DNA of 54,719 bases from Callorhinchus milii. Taxonomy: Eukaryota. The stretch spans positions 1 to 54,719 of the forward strand of contig NW_024705316.1 in the NCBI RefSeq assembly GCF_018977255.1. The letters run 5' to 3'. Positions within the stretch are counted from its first letter, which is position 1. The number at the start of each line of letters is the position of its first letter. The translations under genes were made by a program, and so were the position numbers. The notes beneath the pieces are model-generated. The model searched no databases, had not been told where the DNA came from, and saw nothing but the letters and a program-made list of their open reading frames with translations. Positions 49,214 to 54,719 of this stretch are shown here, one piece after another.

Positions 49214-49480
49214 TACAGTAAAACCTTGGATTGCGAGCATAATTCGTTCCGGAAACGTGCTTGTAATCCAAAGCACTCGTATATCAAAGTGAATATCCCC
49301 ATAAGAAATAATGGAAACTCAGATGATTCGTTCCACATCCCAAAAATATTAATGTAAAAATTACTAATACAAAATACCTTTTTATACTTTTATTATTTAA
49401 ATTTAATATAAAGTAATCAAATTTATTAATCAAATTTAATCGTGGTTGGTGTGAGGGAGACTAAAGAGAGGAGAGGAGGG

Positions 49481-50872
49481 TTATTGTGTAGGACAACTTT
49501 CACTGTCACTAACGGAATCACTGCCATCTGTTGGCTCACTGGAATCTTTTTCTTTTTGTGCGACTTTAACAAGGAACCTATCCAATGACACTTGCTTTTG
49601 CCTCCTTTTGAGGATTTCGCGGAAATGTGACATTGCATTGTCGTTAAACAGATTCATCGCTCGCACTGCTACAGCCTTATTCGGGTGGTGATTTTCTACT
49701 AAATTTTGCACTGGTTCCCACATTTTACACATCTCCCTAATCTCATTTGAAGTGAGGGGTTCCTCCGTCTATTTCTCCTCCTCCTCAGATGAGATCTCCT
49801 CCATAACCTCTTGCTGTTGCTCGCAATGCAGATCCATCAGTTCGTCGGTGGTCAGCTCCTGGCCATGTTCCTCCACCAGCTCTTGAATGTCGTCCTCATT
49901 CACCTCCAGTCACATGGTCTTTCCCCAAGGACACAATTTCATCGACAATTGGCGGCTCCTGTTCATGAGCAAACCCCTCAACGCAATCAGATCACAGTTT
50001 TCTCCAAGCAGAATTGAGGGTTCTCTTGGTGACCCCATCCCAGGCGTTATCGATGATCTTGAGGCAGTTTACGATGTGGAAATGATTTTTCCAAAACTCT
50101 CGGAGGGTAAGGTTTGTTCCTTCGGTCACCTCGAAGCATCGCTGAAATAGTGCTTTGGTGTAAAGCTTTTTAAAGTTTGAAATGACCAGCTGATCCATGG
50201 GCTGGAGTAATGGAGTGGTGTTGGGAGGAAGGAACTTGACCTTAATGAACTCGAATTCCTCCAGCAAGTCGTCCTCAAGGCCTGGAGGGCGAGCAGGAGC
50301 ATTATCCATAACCAGCAAGACTTTTGAGTCGCAAAATTTTTCAAAAAGATATTTCTTCACTGCAGGACCGAAGACCCCGTTGATCCACTCAACAAACAAG
50401 ATACGAGTGACCCAAGCCTTGCTGTTGGACCTCCACATAACATTTAACTGGCTCTTCTGCACCTTGCATTTCTTGAAGGCTCGTGGATTCTCGGAATGAT
50501 ACACGAGCAGGGGCTTGACTTTGAAATCACCGCTTGCATTAGCACACAACAAGAGGGTGAGACGGTCTTTCATGGGCTTGTGACCGGGCATTGCATTCTC
50601 TTCTGCTGTAATGTAGGTCCTCTTTGGCATCTTTTTCCAAAAAAGCCCCGTCTCATCGCAGTTAAAAACTTGCTGCGGCAGGTAACACTCGGAAACCATG
50701 AGCTTCTGGAACTCGGCAGCGAACGCCTCAGCTGCCTTAGCGTCCGAACTCGCAGCCTCTCCGTGCCTCACAACACTATGGATGCCACTTCTCCTCTTAA
50801 AGTTATCAAACCATCCCCTGCTCGCCCCGATGCTTCTTCGTTTTCTGTCGACGTACCTGGCAGGTTACTTAT
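49481..50872 (-). CDS. Tigger transposase, C-terminal part (DDE_1), frameshifted
   Basis: GWFDNFKRR..RHGEAAS..VFNCDETGLFWK..LVMDNA..FLPPNTTPLLQPMDQ..QKQVSLDRF. Confidence 0.92.
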
Positions 50873-53354
50873 GTCTATGTCTACACTACATGTCTACACT
50901 ACACACAAAGGTGCCTACAAAGCCCGTCCCTCCCCCACCTTGGGGCCTCAGATCACACCACTGTTCTGCTAACGTCAGCGTACAGGCCGCTGGTTAAAGT
51001 CACCAAACCAGTTATAAAGCGGATATGCGTGTGGCCTGAGGGGTCTTCAGAGGCACTCCAGGACTGCTTCTCCACCACCGACTGGAACATGTTCAGAAAG
51101 GCAGCCACCTACAACAACACCGTAGACCTCCAGGAGTACACGGAGACCGTCACTTCCTACATGAGGAAGTGTATGGAGGATGTCACGGTCACCAGAACCA
51201 TCTCCATTCGGGCCAACCAGAAGCCATGGCTGACAGGGGAAGTCCACAGGCTCCTGAGGGCTCGGAACGCCGCCTTCAAAGCTGGCGAGGAGATGGGCCT
51301 GAAGACAGCCAGGGCCAACCTGTCGCGAGGCATCAGATTGGCCAAGAGGCAGTACTCCAGGAGGATCGCCGACCGCTTCAATGACAGCAGAGACACCAGG
51401 AACCTGTGGCGAGGGATGCAGACCATCACGGACTATAAACCCTCTCCGCAGACCTGTGACAGCTCCATCTCTCTGCTGAACCAGCTGAAGGACTTCTTCG
51501 CTCGCTTTGAGGCAGACAACAGCACCCCAGCACAGAAGACTCCACCACCTCCCGGTGATCAGGTGCTGACGCTATCCCCAGATAGCGTGAGGAGATCCCT
51601 CAGAAGGACGAACCCAAGGAAAGCCCAGGGCCCTGACAACATTCCGGGTCGTGTCCTGAGAGACTGTGCGGAGGAGCTCACAGATGTCTTCACCGACATC
51701 TTTAACACCTCGCTGAGACAGGCTGTTGTACCCACGTGCCTCAAAGCTACCACCATCATCCCGGTCCCGAAGAAGTCATCTCCCTCCTGCCACAATGACT
51801 ACCGCCCGGTCGCACTCACTCCCATCCTTATGAAGTGCTTCGAGCGGCTAGTCCTACAACACATCAAGTCTGTCCTTCCCCCGCCCTGGACCCTTTCCAG
51901 TTTGCGTATCGGTCTAACCGCTCAACCGATGACGCCATCGCCGCTACCCTCCACTCAGCTCTCACCCATCTGGAGACTAAAGACTCCTACGTCAGAATGC
52001 TGTTCATCGACTTTAGCTCAGCATTCAACACAATCATTCCCCAGCAGCTCATCCACAAACTAGACCACCTGGGGCTCAACACCTCCCTGTGCAACTGGCT
52101 ATTGGACTTCCTGATAGGGAGACCACAGGCAGTTCGAGTTGGCAGCAACACCTCCAGCACCATCACACTGAACACAGGGGTCCCCCAAGGATGTGTGCTG
52201 AGTCCCCTCCTCTTCACTTTGCTGACCCACGACTGCACACCATCATTCAGCTCCAACCTCTTCATTAAGTTTGCGGATGACACAACTGTGGTGGGTGCCA
52301 TCAAAAACGGTGATGAGACAAACTACAGGAGTGAGGTGAGCAGGCTGGCCACGTGGTGCAAGGACAACAATCTCCACCTGAATGTTGAGAAGACGAAGGA
52401 GATTGTCGTGGACTTCAGGAGAGTGCACACCCAGCATACTCCGCTAACCATCAACGGTGCTGCAGTGGAGAGGGTGAGATGCACCAAGTTCCTGGGTGTG
52501 CACATCTCTGAAGACCTGTCGTGGAGTCACAACACTGCATCACTGGCCAAAAAAGCCCAACAGCGCCTGTATTTTCTCCGCAAACTGAGAAGAGCAGGAG
52601 CCCCGCCCCCCATCATGCACACCTTCTACAGAGGCACTGTTGAGAGCATCTTGACGAGCTGCATCACCGTGTGGTACGGCACCTGCACCGTGTCCTGCCG
52701 CAAGACTCTGCAGCGCATAGTGAGAGCAGCTGAGAGGATCATTGGTGTCTCTCTCCCGCCTCTTCTGGACATTTATAACACCCGCATCACCAGCAAAGCA
52801 ATCAAGATTGCAGGTGATCCCACCCACCCATCTCACAGCCTCTTCAGCCTGCTGCCGTCAGGGAGGAGACTGCGGAGTCTTCCAGCCAGGACCAGCAGGC
52901 TCAAAGACAGTTTCTTTCACCAGGCTGTCAGGAGACTCAACTCCCTCCCTGCTCTACCATCACTCCCCCCTCTGCCCACCCACCCCCCTTTGCCCCCTGA
53001 CCCATCCCCCACACACACATTCACTCGTACATCCTGATCTCTGGACTGCACATTGCACTACATCGCACTATCACACTGGTTTAAATATCTTATTTCTTTA
53101 AATACTTTATTTAAATAATATTTTACATTTAAAAATTCTTGACTGTTGTTTATTTTAAGTCTATTACATTTTTGATTATTTATCTTGTGTTGATCGCCGA
53201 TTGTTTATTGTTTATTTATGTCTGTTAATTGTGATTAATTTTTTAATTGCTTGGTTGCACCGTGGGACCAAGAGAGAGGACTGTAATTTCATCTGTGTTG
53301 TATGTCATGCATGTAACACACTTGACAATAAAGTGACTTTAAGACTTAAGACTT
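50873..53354 (+). mobile_element. 5'-truncated Rex1/Babar-like LINE (end of APE plus RT), one frameshift in RT near 51880
   Basis: [60 protein letters not shown] followed by a GACTT-type tail. Confidence 0.92.
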
Positions 53355-53703
53355 TTAAGGTCGGCGTACAAGGCCTTTGCCCTCTCGCAGATAAAGTTCT
53401 CGGTCACAGTATCACCTGCTAGTTGCTTCTCGTTTATCCACACGAGAAGCAACTTTTCTACATCTTCCAGAACACGTGGCCGTTGCTTTGATACTCTCGT
53501 GACTCCTTTTGCTGCATCTAGCCCCCTTATTTCTTCTTTAATACTGTGCAAATCGTCGACGTAGACTTGTTATAAAATCTTGCGATGTCGGCCACTCGCA
53601 TACCTCGTTCGTGCTTCTCGATGATTTCCTTCTTAACTTCCACCGTAATCATCTCCTTCTTCTTACCGCCTTCCTTTTCAACCTTTTTCTTCATGGGGGC
53701 CAT
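53355..53703 (-). CDS. Tigger transposase, N-terminal part (CENP-B-like HTH)
   Basis: MAPMKKKVEK..ITVEVKKEIIEKHERG../..EKLLLVWINEKQLAGDTV..ICERAKALYADL; resumes as ISNLPGTST at 50872. Confidence 0.9.
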
Positions 53704-54019
53704 TGTTGCAGTACAGTTACTAAAGAACAGTCACTACACTATAGTAAACAGTATACGCTCGCACGGATGTTGACTATACGAGTGAGGCACGCCGACTGAG
53801 ACCGAGCATGGGAGACGATTACCCACAATCCCGCAGCGAGAGAGAGAAGAACCATCGGCTCAGTTGTGATCACGTGACGCTCGGCATACAAAGCGTGTAT
53901 GTACTACTCGTATTGCAAGACCTCGCTCGTTCATCAAATTATTATTAATAAAAAAAAATTGCTCATCTTGCAAAACACTCGCAGACCAAGTTACTCGCAT
54001 TCCAAGGTTTTACTGTATA

Positions 54020-54400
54020 TGGATACTGCTCCTTCTGTTCTTCTGGCGACCATCTGCCCTGTGAAAGCTCTGTGCTTTGTTAGCACGCTCTCCATTCTGA
54101 ACGTGCTCGCCTGTCTCCACCACTGCCTGTTGCTCCTTCAAGAAGCCGCGGGGGAATGCCCTCCCTCCTGCAAGAGAGGGACGACTCAAGCCACCGTAAG
54201 AGGTTCTGGTCTCACCGGCTGGGAGAGCTTCACAAAGTGCCTCAAGGTCACCCCTGCAAGGGGTCTCTACCCATGCTGTCAGGAACACCACTGCCTGGCC
54301 CTTATAGGTAGCCTGGCACAAGGGGACCACGTCTACCATCGCCGTCACAAGGTGTGCCTTGCACTTTGGCTGTCTCCGCTCGGAGGCATCTGACCTTTTC
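54020..54400 (+). mobile_element. Possible degenerate DIRS tyrosine-recombinase fragment (3' part)
   Basis: ICPVKAL, SFKKPRGNALP and PLQGVSTHAVR resemble the DIRS CPVRAL...AHSTR blocks, across frameshifts. Confidence 0.4.
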
Positions 54401-54519
54401 ACACTGTCGGCGAGTGGTCACTGCAGTGCCCATCGTGTCCTCCAGGAGGCCTGGACTTGGGTACACGTCGATGCCGTCCTTTCACAGGTGAGCGATGAAC
54501 ACGACCAACACCTTCGTGG

Positions 54520-54690
54520 TGGATAGATGTTAACTCCATGGCCTGGTATTCAGGAGGTCGTGGGTTCATCCCGATCCTGACGCTTGCTGTATATTTGGAG
54601 TTGGCATGTCTCTCTTCCGTGATCGCGCTGATTTTTCTGCGGGTCCTCCAGTTTTTCCCTCCACATTTAGAAAAATGTGTTTAGAGTATT
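54520..54690 (+). mobile_element. V-SINE-like element
   Basis: GCCTGGTATTCAGGAGGTCGTGGGTTCATCCC..GGAGTTGGCATG..TTTTTCCCTCCACATT. Confidence 0.65.
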
Positions 54691-54719
54691 GGCTGCTATA
54701 ATTTCCACATGATAGGCTA

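Larger units (their letters stand above)
49216..54015 (-). mobile_element. Tigger/pogo DNA transposon, split by a LINE
   Basis: TIRs CAGTAAAACCTTGGA(T/A)TGCGAG with a TA TSD on both sides. Confidence 0.95.

Noticed and set aside
48951..49271. Minus-strand ORF containing GCALAGL as another Tudor exon
   Set aside because: No convincing splice sites or phase fit, and it overlaps the Tigger TIR and the possible DIRS relic.

Overview
This is repeat-rich vertebrate genomic DNA, not prokaryotic. Very GC-rich exons, V-SINEs and the transposon mix suggest a lamprey, but that is inference. Two host genes are visible: a five-exon ST6Gal-family (GT29) alpha-2,6-sialyltransferase on + (16662-20694), with an inverted orphan copy of its last exon (28951-29210), and several minus-strand exons (38.4-47.5 kb) of an extended-Tudor gene resembling RNF17/TDRD4. 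Mobile DNA includes a near-complete Gypsy LTR element with no target-site duplication (TSD), two Penelope-like RT elements (one with a GIY-YIG endonuclease), a Tigger transposon split by a Rex1/Babar LINE, RTE fragments, SINEs, MITEs and a 36-37-bp minisatellite. The most system-like signal is about 15 short elements from three families. Most are fold-backs (an inverted arm, then an arm with a unique tail, inside a 12-17-bp TSD). Two families carry minimal hammerhead-ribozyme cores, and family A matches the ends of the Penelope element at 43.7-47.0 kb. The class is known biology (Penelope pLTR hammerheads), though these families may be uncatalogued. The ~10 kb after the N gap (6413 to ~16390) looks like random or shuffled sequence and I assign it no function. 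Many ORFs have -1 frameshifts in C/G homopolymers, which suggests sequencing error.
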